Origin: an uncultured bacterium
GTDB taxonomy: Bacteria > UBP14 > UBA6098 > B30-G16
Direction: 5' to 3'
NCBI GenBank assembly: GCA_965552135.1
Contig: CBEVQY010000004.1
Span: 32,566 to 96,565, forward strand
DNA length: 64,000 nucleotides
Numbering within the stretch: position 1 is the stretch's first letter; every line of letters starts with the position of its first letter. The translations under genes and the position numbers were made by a program. The notes beneath the pieces were generated by a model. The model had not been told where the DNA came from. It searched no databases and saw only the letters and a program-made list of their open reading frames with translations. Of the stretch, positions 27,230 to 39,596 are shown in pieces.

Positions 27230-27946
27230 ATGAGGAGGTTTTTTTGGGCAGGCGTGGCTGTTTTTTTGGTTTTGGCGGGTTTTTCGCTTTCGCAGGAGAG
27301 GAAGGGTCCTCGGATATCGGTTGTTGAGCCCAACTTCGACTTCGGCTTTGCCCCCGAGGGTGCGGTTATGGTTCACGAGTACGTGATCCGCAACATAGGC
27401 GACGAGGACCTTGTGATAAAGCGTGTTCGCACCACGTGCGGCTGCGCCACCGCGCCTGTGAAGAAGACAGTCCTTGCCCCGGGGGAGGAAACGACCGTAA
27501 CGATAATCTTCAACAGCACGCGCTACTTCCACAAGACATCGAAGGCGGCTATCATCTCGACGAACGATCCCGAAAGACCCTCCGAGAAGATAACCTTTGT
27601 GGCCGACATGGACACGACCAAGCCACGCGCCATAACGGCTAAGCCGCGGATTCTCGACGTTGGCAGGGGGGAGGAGTTTAGGCGCGAGAACACGGTCAAG
27701 ATCTACAACCTCACCGACGACACCCTCACCCTCGCCGTCGTGGACTACTACAGGGAGTTTTTGGATGAGCCCAAGCTTTCTTCGGTCTCGCTCCCGCCCA
27801 AAGGCACCACCGACGTTAAGGTATCAATAAGGAGGGAGGTTCCCGCCTCGGATGTAATAAAGGCTTCGTTCACCGTTGCCGCTATGGACAAGATGGGCAA
27901 GCAGGTTACGCGAATAACCGTTCCCGTAATGGGCGGCGGAAGCTGA
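27230..27946 (+). CDS. DUF1573 domain secreted protein
   Basis: Signal peptide; FDFG...NIGDEDLVIKRVRTTCGCAT...LAPGE. Confidence 0.8.
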   Translation: MRRFFWAGVAVFLVLAGFSLSQERKGPRISVVEPNFDFGFAPEGAVMVHEYVIRNIGDEDLVIKRVRTTCGCATAPVKKTVLAPGEETTVTIIFNSTRYFHKTSKAAIISTNDPERPSEKITFVADMDTTKPRAITAKPRILDVGRGEEFRRENTVKIYNLTDDTLTLAVVDYYREFLDEPKLSSVSLPPKGTTDVKVSIRREVPASDVIKASFTVAAMDKMGKQVTRITVPVMGGGS

Positions 27947-27967
27947 CAAGCAGCCGAGGGAAGCGAG

Positions 27968-29545
27968 ATGTTGCGCTTTGTCTCCAAAGCTTTGTTTGCC
28001 CTTTTGCTTTTGTGGGTTTGGCGGGCTTGTGCCGCGCCTGTAACCGTCGAGGTTTACTACTCCAAATACTGCGAGCACTGTCAGAAGATAAACGAAAGCT
28101 TCCTGCCGCAGTATATGGAAAAGTATAAGGGCAAGGTTAACTTCGAGTTCTACGAGGTTGAGGACAACCTCGACAACTACGAGCGTTTGCTGGACAGGGA
28201 GGCTCAGACTGGCGACACCGACAACGAGCTTCCCGTGATATTCATAGGCGACGTCGTTTTGGGGGGCGAAGAGGAGATTTATAAGCGCTTCGAGAGGGCT
28301 TTGAGGGAGGCGCTTCGTCGTGATGAGCTTGCCAAGCACCTGAAGCCCAAGCAGGCGAAGACCTTGGTCGAGACGATTGCGGTGCTGGAGACGGTCGCTG
28401 CTCCTGTGGGGTCCCTGGCTTCGGCTCAGATGGGAACGGTCTACGCCGTTTTTATGTACAAGAAGGGCTGCGCCCACTGCGACAGGGTCAATCACGACCT
28501 CAGGCTCCTTGCCCGAAACGCCCCCAGGGACTTTGGAGTCGTCTTCGTGTACAGAAGCTTCGACATAGCCGACCCCCACGCTAAGCTTTTGTGCGAGGCG
28601 TTGTGCGAACGAAACGGAGTCGACGACACCCGCAGGCTCGCCACACCCGCCGTCTTCCTGCCCGGATATGCCTTCATCTACGGCTACAACACCCTCAACT
28701 ACTTCTCCCTCGCCAAGGCGATAAAGGAGCTTGGTGGCGGGAGCGAAAAGCTATGGGAGACTGTGACGCAAGAGGAGCTTGCCGCGGCGGAGCAGAGGAT
28801 AAAGGCGCGTTTTTCGAAGTTCAACGTTGCACCCATAATCTTTGCGGGGCTTCTGGACGGAGTCAACCCGTGCGCGTTCGGAGCGCTTATATTCTTCATA
28901 ACCTTCCTTACGGTCGCCGAGCGCAAAAAGGGCGAAATCCTGATGGTTGGGATAGCCTACACCCTCGCCGTCTTCATCACCTACTACGCCGTTGGCGCAG
29001 GCTTTTTGGGCTTTTTGGCGGCGCTGCCTATATTCCAGATAATCGCGCGGTGGGTCTACATCCTCACAGGGATCCTCGCCGTCGTGCTGGGGGTTCTTTC
29101 CCTGGTCGATTTCGTCAAAGCCAAGCGCGGAAACCTCCAGGGGATGACGCTCCAGCTGCCCGACAAGCTTAAAAAGAGAATTCACAGGATAATAATCTCC
29201 GAAAACGAGCCCAGAACCCGGAGGAACTTCCTGTTTGCTGCGTTCATCACTGGTTTTTTCGTGAGCCTGCTTGAGCTTGCCTGCACGGGACAGGTCTACC
29301 TGCCGACGATCATCTACGTCCTTGGGATACCAGGGCTTAGGATGAAGGCGCATCTTTATCTTCTGGTCTACAACTTTATGTTCGTTGTTCCCCTGCTTTT
29401 TGTGTTTTTGATAAGCTACCTTGGCGCCACCTCCGAGCAGCTCAACGCGTTTTTGCGGCGCAACACGGCGACGATAAAGTTCCTCACCGCCCTTTTGTTC
29501 TTCGGGATGGCTGCACTGCTTTGGAGGTCCATCCTTGTCGGATGA
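27968..29545 (+). CDS. Two thioredoxin-like CXXC domains fused to a CcdA/DsbD-like transmembrane domain
   Basis: CEHC, CAHC; GLLDGVNPCAF and ELACTGQVY in TM region. Confidence 0.82.
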   Translation: MLRFVSKALFALLLLWVWRACAAPVTVEVYYSKYCEHCQKINESFLPQYMEKYKGKVNFEFYEVEDNLDNYERLLDREAQTGDTDNELPVIFIGDVVLGGEEEIYKRFERALREALRRDELAKHLKPKQAKTLVETIAVLETVAAPVGSLASAQMGTVYAVFMYKKGCAHCDRVNHDLRLLARNAPRDFGVVFVYRSFDIADPHAKLLCEALCERNGVDDTRRLATPAVFLPGYAFIYGYNTLNYFSLAKAIKELGGGSEKLWETVTQEELAAAEQRIKARFSKFNVAPIIFAGLLDGVNPCAFGALIFFITFLTVAERKKGEILMVGIAYTLAVFITYYAVGAGFLGFLAALPIFQIIARWVYILTGILAVVLGVLSLVDFVKAKRGNLQGMTLQLPDKLKKRIHRIIISENEPRTRRNFLFAAFITGFFVSLLELACTGQVYLPTIIYVLGIPGLRMKAHLYLLVYNFMFVVPLLFVFLISYLGATSEQLNAFLRRNTATIKFLTALLFFGMAALLWRSILVG

Positions 29546-29649
29546 GCTTTCTGACCGCAGGCGTTTGTGTAGCCCTAAAATAGTTTTTGCTGTTGACAAA
29601 GAGGTTTATTGCTTATATCTATATCAAAAGAACAGAACGAATTGCGTCT

Positions 29650-30753
29650 ATGGGAATCCTCGACAAAATCAAGCTCCCCATAGGGAAGGGTAAGAAGGTT
29701 CAGAAGCTTGCCGGGCTTGATGTAGGCACTTTTATGGTCAAGATCGTTGTGCTTAAGGTGGACGACAAGGGCAACGTTTCGCTTTCTGCGGCTGGCAAGA
29801 GGGCTTTGCCTCAGGGAGCTGTGGTCGACAAGGACGTGAGGGACAGGGAGGGTATCATCTACGCCATTCAGTCGCTCGTCGATGAGGTTGATCCGGACAT
29901 AACGGAGGTTGTGATCTCCCTTGCGGGTCACAAGGTTTTGGTGGACAGGATAGAGATTTCAGCGCCGACGGGCAAGGGCAAGAGGGATGAGCAGATAAAG
30001 GAGGCGGTTTTGGTCGAGGCTGAGCAGCGAATCCCCACAGGCACGGACAGCGTGAGGATAGACTACGTTGAGCTTGGCGAAAGCGAGGACAAAAAGAAGA
30101 TAGACGTCTTGCTTTTTGCTGCCCGAAACGAGATCGTGGACGACTACGTTGGAGTCGTTATGGACGCGGGGCTTGTGCCCGTGGTTGTTGATCTGGATGC
30201 GATAGCGCTTTACAACGCCTTCGAGCACAACCACGACATCCCCCAGGAGGGCTGCATAGCCTTGATAAACATAGGGCATGCCCTATCGAACGTCGTCTTC
30301 ATTTTGGAGGGCAAGCTTTACTCCATAAGGGACATCTCCAACGCTGCGCGCAACGTGTGGGATAGGCTTCAGACCGAGCTCCACCTCTCCACCGATGATC
30401 TTCGGGCTTTGATGCTTGGCACCGTTCCGCTTGAGGACAGTCCGAGCTCAAGGCGCGCCATATACAACTCGTGCGAGGACCTGAACATAGGGCTTGGGAT
30501 GGCGTTTTCGTACCTTGAGAACGTAACGGGCGGCGTTAAGGTGGAGAAGGCTTATCTTTCCGGCGGCGCTGTTGGGATACCGTTTCTGGTCGATGCCCTC
30601 TCGGCTGGGCTTGGGGTCCCGTGCGAGCTTGTCGACTCGTTCGCGAGGATAAAGTTCGATCCTGCGCTTTTCGGCGACACCCCGCTTGAGGTGGCAAAGG
30701 CGATCTACACCGTTCCCGTGGGGCTTGCGCTGAGGGGGAGGGAGCTGGAATGA
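29650..30753 (+). CDS. pilM: Type IV pilus assembly protein PilM
   Basis: AGLDVGT, AGL.PVVVDLDAIAL, LINIG, YLSGG, VGLALR. Confidence 0.9.
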   Translation: MGILDKIKLPIGKGKKVQKLAGLDVGTFMVKIVVLKVDDKGNVSLSAAGKRALPQGAVVDKDVRDREGIIYAIQSLVDEVDPDITEVVISLAGHKVLVDRIEISAPTGKGKRDEQIKEAVLVEAEQRIPTGTDSVRIDYVELGESEDKKKIDVLLFAARNEIVDDYVGVVMDAGLVPVVVDLDAIALYNAFEHNHDIPQEGCIALINIGHALSNVVFILEGKLYSIRDISNAARNVWDRLQTELHLSTDDLRALMLGTVPLEDSPSSRRAIYNSCEDLNIGLGMAFSYLENVTGGVKVEKAYLSGGAVGIPFLVDALSAGLGVPCELVDSFARIKFDPALFGDTPLEVAKAIYTVPVGLALRGRELE

Positions 30754-31457
30754 TCAAAATAAACCTCCTTCCGCCCGAACTGCGGAAGAAGAAAAAGGTC
30801 CCGTTTATCGACAGAACGTTCGTCTACGGCGTGCTTGTGCTTATAGCGGAGGTGATTCTGCTCTACCTTATCTCCCTTTCGCAGCAGGCGAAGATAGCGG
30901 AGCTTGAGAGCGAAATTGCCTCGGTCCAGCTGGAGCTCGACAAGTACCAAGAAAAACTCAAGCTTTTGCACGAGGCGCAGTCGCTCAGGAAGGAGCTTAC
31001 CGCAAGGATGGACGCCGTGCAGGAACTTGAGAACAAAAGGGCGTATTGGGTCAAGGTCCTCTCCGATTTCGTCGCAACGGTGCCGCCCTACCTTTGGATC
31101 GACAAGTTCGAGGAGAAGTCGGAGGGGGTCGTTGAGATATCCGGCAAAAGCTACACCCTAAAGTCGATAGCCTCGTTTCTCATCAATCTTATCGCCTCCG
31201 ATGCCTTTTCGAACATAAAGCTTGGTCCGATAAGCAAGCAGAGCATAGGCAAGGGCGAGGGCTACGGCTTTACCCTGACTATGCGCCTTGTTGGGAAGCC
31301 CAAGGAGAGGCTTGGTCAGTTCGTCGTGGACACGACCAAAACCGTTGAGCAAAAGCTTAAAAAGGGCTACAAAGGCTTTGTGGAAAGCACCCGCGAAAAG
31401 CTTGGGCTCTACGGCAAGGAAGAGGCGAAGAGGATGTTCCAGGGGCTTACGCAATGA
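30750..31457 (+). CDS. pilN: Type IV pilus assembly protein PilN
   Basis: MIKINLLP, TM, coiled coil; coupled to pilM. Confidence 0.9.
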   Translation: MIKINLLPPELRKKKKVPFIDRTFVYGVLVLIAEVILLYLISLSQQAKIAELESEIASVQLELDKYQEKLKLLHEAQSLRKELTARMDAVQELENKRAYWVKVLSDFVATVPPYLWIDKFEEKSEGVVEISGKSYTLKSIASFLINLIASDAFSNIKLGPISKQSIGKGEGYGFTLTMRLVGKPKERLGQFVVDTTKTVEQKLKKGYKGFVESTREKLGLYGKEEAKRMFQGLTQ

Positions 31458-32113
31458 TAGACATATCGGCTATAGACTACAAAAGCCCGAAGTTCCAGAA
31501 GATAGTTGGCACCGTTGTTCTTGCGGCGGTTGTGATGTACCTTTGGTACTCGCAGTCGTACAAGGCGAACAAGGAGACGATAGAGACGAAGACCAAAAAC
31601 CTCGAGGACCTGCGCCTGGAGCTTCAGCGGGCTAAGGGCAGCGTCGTCAAGGTTGAGGAGCTTAGGGCTGAGCTTGAGAGGCTTTTTGCTCAGTACAAGC
31701 TCATCGAGGAGCTTTTGCCCGACAAGCGCGACGTGCCCGACTTCATAAACAAAATCTACCTTGCCGCCAAGCAGGCGGACGCGGTGGTGAAAAAGATAGA
31801 GCAAAAGCCGTCGCAGCAACTTGGGTACTACACCGCAGACCCGTACAACATAGAGATAGAGACCACGTTCCACGGTCTGGGCAAGTTCCTGAGCCTTGTG
31901 GCGAACCTGCCCTTCACGGCGCTGGTCAAAAGCGTCAAGCTGCGCGCCTCGGGGAGCAAGAAGTACTCCATAAGCGTCTCTATGGTCATAACGGCGCATC
32001 ATATGGAGCGGACGCAGAGGATCATGAAGATAGAGGAGCTCAAGAGGAAGCGCCCCAAGGCTCCGAAGAAGGGCAAGAAGCCCCGTAGGAAGGCGAAGAG
32101 GGTGCCGTCGTGA
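31454..32113 (+). CDS. pilO: Type IV pilus assembly protein PilO
   Basis: TM, coiled coil, LLPDKRDVP, FHGLGKFLSLVANLP. Confidence 0.88.
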   Translation: MIDISAIDYKSPKFQKIVGTVVLAAVVMYLWYSQSYKANKETIETKTKNLEDLRLELQRAKGSVVKVEELRAELERLFAQYKLIEELLPDKRDVPDFINKIYLAAKQADAVVKKIEQKPSQQLGYYTADPYNIEIETTFHGLGKFLSLVANLPFTALVKSVKLRASGSKKYSISVSMVITAHHMERTQRIMKIEELKRKRPKAPKKGKKPRRKAKRVPS

Positions 32114-33069
32114 CAGGGTTTTTTGCGACATATCTTCTTCTGGCGGCTCTGGCGGCGCAGGGGACGTACACGGTGGACGAGGTTACAATCTCCACCCGGG
32201 GCGACAGCACCTACGTGCTTGTCGTCACAAGCGGACCCGCCGACTTCAAGAAGTTTAGGATCGACAACCCGCCCCGCATAGGCGTTGATCTTTTCGGCGG
32301 CGTCTTCAACCTGCCGAAGGGTGAGTACACCCGCATGCCGCCCGGCGTTGTGGCTGCGCTGCGCGGCTCGCAGTACGAACCTGCTCCAAACCCCGTTGCG
32401 CGGATCGTCCTCGACCTCGTGGAGATGCCGAAGGGCTACAGCGTGCGCAAACATCCCGAGGGCGTGATGCTTGCGCTCTACACACCCGACTATCCCGCCA
32501 TAGGCAAGTGGAGCTCCGGCAGGTTAGCGGCTGCGGAGACCGTTGCGGCGAAGGTCGAGACCGTCGCCGCGCCGAAGGAGACGGTCGCCGCTGTCGAAAC
32601 GGTTGCCGCAAAAGCCGAAACGGCGCTTGTGGAGGTTAGAGCGAAGGAGGAAATTCCCCCCGAGCTTGCGGTGTATCTGCGCCCGGAGACGCTTGTGTAC
32701 AAGGGCGTGACCGCCGACAACGAAACGCTTGAGGTCGCAAAGTACATAAGGAACATGGTCGTCTACAAGCCCAAGGGTCCTGATCCGTTCATCGTGCCCG
32801 AGCGCACCAAAAAGGTTCCGCTCGGAAAGGAGCCCTTACCAGTGGTCGACAACCTGACGCTTGTTGGCATAGTGAAGTCGGGTGACTCGAGGCTTGCCAT
32901 TCTGCAGGACAACACGGGATTCGGATACATCCTCGGCAAGGGCGACCCAGTCGAAAACGGCGTTTGCGTCGAGGTGACAGACACATCGGCGAAGTTCGAC
33001 ATACTCGAGTTCGGGCAGATCCGCAAAATCGAGCTGCCTTTGGTCAAGCCCAAAAAGGGGCAGCAGTAA
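32110..33069 (+). CDS. AMIN-domain protein with PilP-like C-terminus
   Basis: DNPPRIGVDL, ARIVLDL (AMIN); ETVAA linker repeats; DPF and LTLVGIV (PilP-like). Confidence 0.7.
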   Translation: MTGFFATYLLLAALAAQGTYTVDEVTISTRGDSTYVLVVTSGPADFKKFRIDNPPRIGVDLFGGVFNLPKGEYTRMPPGVVAALRGSQYEPAPNPVARIVLDLVEMPKGYSVRKHPEGVMLALYTPDYPAIGKWSSGRLAAAETVAAKVETVAAPKETVAAVETVAAKAETALVEVRAKEEIPPELAVYLRPETLVYKGVTADNETLEVAKYIRNMVVYKPKGPDPFIVPERTKKVPLGKEPLPVVDNLTLVGIVKSGDSRLAILQDNTGFGYILGKGDPVENGVCVEVTDTSAKFDILEFGQIRKIELPLVKPKKGQQ

Positions 33070-33121
33070 TTTGAATTTGCCTTGCAGGAGGCGGGGAGTA
33101 ATATAAAAAGATGGGGGCGGT

Positions 33122-34417
33122 ATGAGGGCGCTTTGGGCGACATCGCTTTTGCTTGTTTCGGTGGTTTTGGGTCAGTTCGCCGATACATCGGGCTTTTCCT
33201 TCGACAGGGGCGTTCCGACCGAGTGCAGGGAGTGTGGTCCGTGCCCCGAGGGAACGCTTTCTGTATGTATATGCTTCGAAAAGCTCGTCTTCCAGGAGGC
33301 CGATATCCGCTCGGTGTTCGCCCTACTTGCCGATACCGCTGGCGTCAACATCGTCGTCGACCCTGATCTTAACATAAAGGTCACGCTGAAGCTCGAGAAC
33401 GTATCGTGGTGTCAGATACTAAGCCTGCTGCTCGACCTCTACAACCTGCGCGCCATAAAGAAGGAGGGCTACTTCTACGTTCTCTCCAACGACAAGTACT
33501 GGACGCAGAAGTTCGGGGAGATCGACAACATAAACAAGGAAAAGCAACTTCGCCAAACGGAGACGCGGATATACAGGATCCAGAACGTTTCTGCCTCGAA
33601 CCTTGCGCCGTCGCTTGAGCCAGTGAAGTCCTCGCGCGGCGAGATCGTTGTCGATGCGCAGTCAAACTCCCTTATAATAACCGACCTGCCCGAACAGTTC
33701 CCCATCTACGAGGCGATGATAGAGTCTCTCGATGTGTTGGGCAGGCAGGTCAAGGTTGCGTGTCAGATCGTTCAGATCGATCAGTCGGCGATAGACGAGC
33801 TCGGCATAAACTGGTCGGCGGTCCAGAGGGAGGGGAAGATAACGGTTTCTTCGAACATGAACCAGGTTGGCGGCGCCGGTCCCGGAGCGGCTATGGGCGA
33901 CTTCCAGTGGTCCGTTGTGGCGGGAGCATACGATATCCTCACAAGGCTTTCGGCTATAATCTCGGAGGGCAGGGGCAGGATCCTCGACCAGCCCCACATC
34001 ATAACGATGGACAACACTCCAGCCGAGATCTTCTCGGGCACCCAGATACCGATAAACACCGTCGACCAGGCGGGGAACCTGATAACCCAGTTCTTCCAGA
34101 TAGGCACTCGCGTCAACGTCACGCCCAGGATAACGAAGGACGAGAAGATATCCTTAACGCTTAAGATCGAGCGCAGCGGATATGTTTACGGCGCCGCGGG
34201 GTACGAAATAACCACGCGCAGCGCAACAACAACCCTCACCGTCGCGTCGGGGGATGTGATCGTCATAGGTGGGCTTGTAACCAACGAGCGTCAGGAGTCG
34301 GAGTACGGCGTCCCGATACTCAAGGACCTGCCGCTTATAGGGGGGCTTTTCAAGTACACGAGCACCAGCATAAAGTCGACAGTTATAACGATCTTCATCA
34401 CGCCCGAGATAATATAG
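33122..34417 (+). CDS. pilQ: Secretin (short PilQ-like)
   Basis: EADIRSVF..LA...GVNIVVD, N3-like domain, ELGINWS, VTPRIT, GVPILKDLPLIGGLFK, IFITPEII. Confidence 0.88.
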   Translation: MRALWATSLLLVSVVLGQFADTSGFSFDRGVPTECRECGPCPEGTLSVCICFEKLVFQEADIRSVFALLADTAGVNIVVDPDLNIKVTLKLENVSWCQILSLLLDLYNLRAIKKEGYFYVLSNDKYWTQKFGEIDNINKEKQLRQTETRIYRIQNVSASNLAPSLEPVKSSRGEIVVDAQSNSLIITDLPEQFPIYEAMIESLDVLGRQVKVACQIVQIDQSAIDELGINWSAVQREGKITVSSNMNQVGGAGPGAAMGDFQWSVVAGAYDILTRLSAIISEGRGRILDQPHIITMDNTPAEIFSGTQIPINTVDQAGNLITQFFQIGTRVNVTPRITKDEKISLTLKIERSGYVYGAAGYEITTRSATTTLTVASGDVIVIGGLVTNERQESEYGVPILKDLPLIGGLFKYTSTSIKSTVITIFITPEII

Positions 34418-34567
34418 GCTGAGCCCGCCGCGCTTTGTTGGGCGCCACAGGGACGTTTTCCGCAGTGGAGCTTTTTGTCCGCCCTCAGGGCGTTCCCGTG
34501 TGTCCTTTGTGATCCTCTGCGCCTCGGGTCCTCGTGCGCCTTTGGGAGGCACTCCTTGCTGCCGCCG

Positions 34568-35893
34568 TCAGATGACGCCGAGGAAGTGGGCTATCTTTGG
34601 TCCCAAGCCCGCCATATTAAGCGTTATGGGCACCAGGAGGACGCCAAGGCAGTTGAGCCTCCTTGATCCGAACAGGACGGGTATAAGTCCTATCGCCGTC
34701 GCCACCGACATGACCAAAAGCCCCGTCCACCTCGTAAGCCCGAACACGACGGCGACGAGTATCCCCAGCGTCACCGCGGAGATTATCCTGTAGTTCATCT
34801 GGTGGACTATCTTCGCGAACCACTTCGACAGGAAGTGCAGCATGATGAAGGCCACTCCGGCAGAAAAGAGCATCGTTGCTAGGGCAAGCCAATATTCTTG
34901 AGCGGTGTGGACGGAAAAAAGCGGCGACACCATAGCCACAAGCCCGCCTTTGCCCATTCTTCCCTGCGGCACGAAGAAGAACAGAAACGCCCCCACGTAG
35001 TAGACGACCTTCGACACGCCCTGCGACATCACGAATATCCTGCTGTCGCGCTGCGCCGTAGCCTGTCCGGCCAGAAGTCCGCCTATCCCGCCCGTGAGTA
35101 TCGGGAATAAGGCTGCCACAAGCCCTCCGAGTCCGCCCGCGATGGTCGAGCGAAGGGCAACATCGGCGGTGGCGTCGATGGAGTCGGATATGTGCTGCTT
35201 GGGTATCTTCGTCTTCGACACGATGTTCATAAGGACCCACGGCACGGCGAAAAGCCCCACGAAAACGGGCATAAGGCTTTGAAACGACGAGCGCAGGGGC
35301 AGTATGTTTTTGTTGAGGACGATGATCCCCAAAAGCCCCGACAGCGCGAATGTCAGGATTCCTGCGCCGAGGGACCTCCACGCCTCCAGGAATCGCGGGA
35401 GCCCCGCCGGCTTGCGCTCAACCGCCTTGGGCCACTCCGACATCAGGATATATACGCTCACAAGCCCCAAAAGCCAGTGCATATGTGGCGTCATAAGCCG
35501 CCGCAGCGCCGGAAGGACCTTGAAGGTAAGGGGCGTCATGAGAGCAAGAAGCGCAATCCCGCAAAGCGAGCCGAACCCGGTAAGCATCGATATGTCGTAT
35601 CCGCGCCCAAGCATAAGCGCCTTCTGACCCGGCATCACGACGAAGATCATGCTCTCATCCGGCGCGGAGAGGAAGACCGCAGTGAGGGTGTTGAGGATCG
35701 CGTAGGTCACAAGCATCGCCATAAACACGTAGGGGATGACGCACGCGGGAATGAAGTGCCCAAAGCTCGTTATGGCGATTATTATGAGCCCGAGGACGTT
35801 GTAGATGTGCAGGGCAGGGATAAGCGATATGAACCCTGCCACAACTATCCCCAAAAGCACGTAAAGGATAAGTACGATAGGGCTGCAGTCCAT
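34568..35893 (-). CDS. Tripartite tricarboxylate transporter TctA-like permease
   Basis: LIPALHIYN, FLSAPD, VMPGQ..L..GRG; highly hydrophobic; no tctB/C adjacent. Confidence 0.72.
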   Translation of the reverse strand: MDCSPIVLILYVLLGIVVAGFISLIPALHIYNVLGLIIIAITSFGHFIPACVIPYVFMAMLVTYAILNTLTAVFLSAPDESMIFVVMPGQKALMLGRGYDISMLTGFGSLCGIALLALMTPLTFKVLPALRRLMTPHMHWLLGLVSVYILMSEWPKAVERKPAGLPRFLEAWRSLGAGILTFALSGLLGIIVLNKNILPLRSSFQSLMPVFVGLFAVPWVLMNIVSKTKIPKQHISDSIDATADVALRSTIAGGLGGLVAALFPILTGGIGGLLAGQATAQRDSRIFVMSQGVSKVVYYVGAFLFFFVPQGRMGKGGLVAMVSPLFSVHTAQEYWLALATMLFSAGVAFIMLHFLSKWFAKIVHQMNYRIISAVTLGILVAVVFGLTRWTGLLVMSVATAIGLIPVLFGSRRLNCLGVLLVPITLNMAGLGPKIAHFLGVI

Positions 35894-35959
35894 GCTTCCC
35901 CCCGCTTTCCCAAAATATGCCCCCTTTGAACTTTGTTGGCAAGCAGAAAGCCCTTGCGC

Positions 35960-35989
35960 TTGACACCGCCGCGGAGCGTAGCTTATCTT
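35960..35989 (+). promoter_or_regulatory. Sigma70 promoter of efp operon
   Basis: TTGACA-18-TATCTT. Confidence 0.5.
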
Positions 35990-36020
35990 TCGGTGCGGAT
36001 GTCAAGAAAGGAGGTGGTCG

Positions 36021-36578
36021 TTGATATCGGCTGTCGACTTCAAAAAGGGGACGAAGATCCTCTACAAAGGAGATCCCTACGAGGTGGTCGATTTTCAGCA
36101 CTCCCTTCGCGGCAGGGGGCGCGGCAAGGTGTGGACGAAGATGAAGAACCTGCGGACGGGAAACGTCCTCGAGGAGACCTTCAGCTCCGAGGAGCAGTTC
36201 GAAACGCCCGACCTCGAGACGAAAGACATGCAGTTCCTCTACTCCGACGAGGACGGCTACACCTTTATGGATACCCAAACCTTCGAGCAGCACTCCTTCC
36301 CAAAGGCGACCCTCGAGGAGGTGAAGTGGTTTTTGAAGGAGGGCGAGACCTATCGCGTTGTTCTCTTCAACGGTCAGCCGCTTACCGTTGATCTTCCCGC
36401 CTCCGTCGTTCTGCGCGTTGTGGAGACCGAGCCCGCGATAAAGGGCGATACGGTGACCAACGTCACAAAGAGGGCAACGCTTGAGACCGGCTTGGTTGTG
36501 AGAGTTCCGATATTCATCGAAGAGGGCGAGCTTGTGAAGGTCGATACCCGCACGAAGGAGTACATCGGCAGGGCGTAG
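36021..36578 (+). CDS. efp: Elongation factor P
   Basis: KMKNLRTG, QFLYSD, FMDTQTFEQ, KGDT, ATLETG..V.VP.FI..GE.VKVDTR. Confidence 0.95.
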   Translation: MISAVDFKKGTKILYKGDPYEVVDFQHSLRGRGRGKVWTKMKNLRTGNVLEETFSSEEQFETPDLETKDMQFLYSDEDGYTFMDTQTFEQHSFPKATLEEVKWFLKEGETYRVVLFNGQPLTVDLPASVVLRVVETEPAIKGDTVTNVTKRATLETGLVVRVPIFIEEGELVKVDTRTKEYIGRA

Positions 36579-36584
36579 GGGCGT

Positions 36585-37319
36585 ATGTTTTGGAGGCTTT
36601 TTGCCGTTGCCGCGCTCGTTTGCCTTGTTGCGGCAGCGGCGACGGGCGTCCTCGTTGTGCAGCGTCAAACCTATCAGCTCAGGCAGGTGAGGGGGCTTCT
36701 TAGGGACGCCCTCGATCAGCTCGACAGGTTGAGCGCGTCGGTGGGCAGACTGCAGCTGCGTGTAGCCGGGCTTTCGTACCGCGCCCAGAGGCTCGAGCTT
36801 TCGCTCGACATGCTGCGCCAAAAGGGGCGCTATCTCGTCATCGACAGGCACAAAGGGCGCTTTTGGGTCCGCGAGGGCGACAAGGTTCTCCTGGAGGGCG
36901 AGTGCGGTGTGGGCAGAGGCAGAACCCGCCTTGCCGGCAGAATCTACAACTTCGAAACACCCGCCGGAAGGTTCAAGGTTCTGCAGAAGCTCGAAAACCC
37001 GTGGTGGTATCGCCCCGATTGGTTCTGGAAGGAGCGGGGTTTGCGCGTCCCGAAGCGCTTCATCGAATATCCGAAGGGCATCACCTTCGAGGAGGCGGTT
37101 GCGTTCTACAACTCCCTCTCGAGGGAGGATAAGCTGCGCGTTCGGGCGGTGCCGGGGTATTTGGGCAAGTACGCCATAAAGATAGCCGACGGGATTTACA
37201 TCCACTACAGCGGGCGCCACCGCGGGCGCGTAAGCCACGGATGCATAAGGGTCTCGAAGGAGGACGCCGAGGCTATATACAGGCTCCTTAGCGTGGGCGA
37301 TCCCGTTTACATCTACTAA
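36585..37319 (+). CDS. L,D-transpeptidase (YkuD family) with N-terminal anchor and coiled coil
   Basis: TPAGRF, IYIH...SHGCIRV, VGDPVYIY. Confidence 0.87.
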   Translation: MFWRLFAVAALVCLVAAAATGVLVVQRQTYQLRQVRGLLRDALDQLDRLSASVGRLQLRVAGLSYRAQRLELSLDMLRQKGRYLVIDRHKGRFWVREGDKVLLEGECGVGRGRTRLAGRIYNFETPAGRFKVLQKLENPWWYRPDWFWKERGLRVPKRFIEYPKGITFEEAVAFYNSLSREDKLRVRAVPGYLGKYAIKIADGIYIHYSGRHRGRVSHGCIRVSKEDAEAIYRLLSVGDPVYIY

Positions 37320-37333
37320 CGCAGGAGGGCGCT

Positions 37334-39596
<2,263 letters not shown>

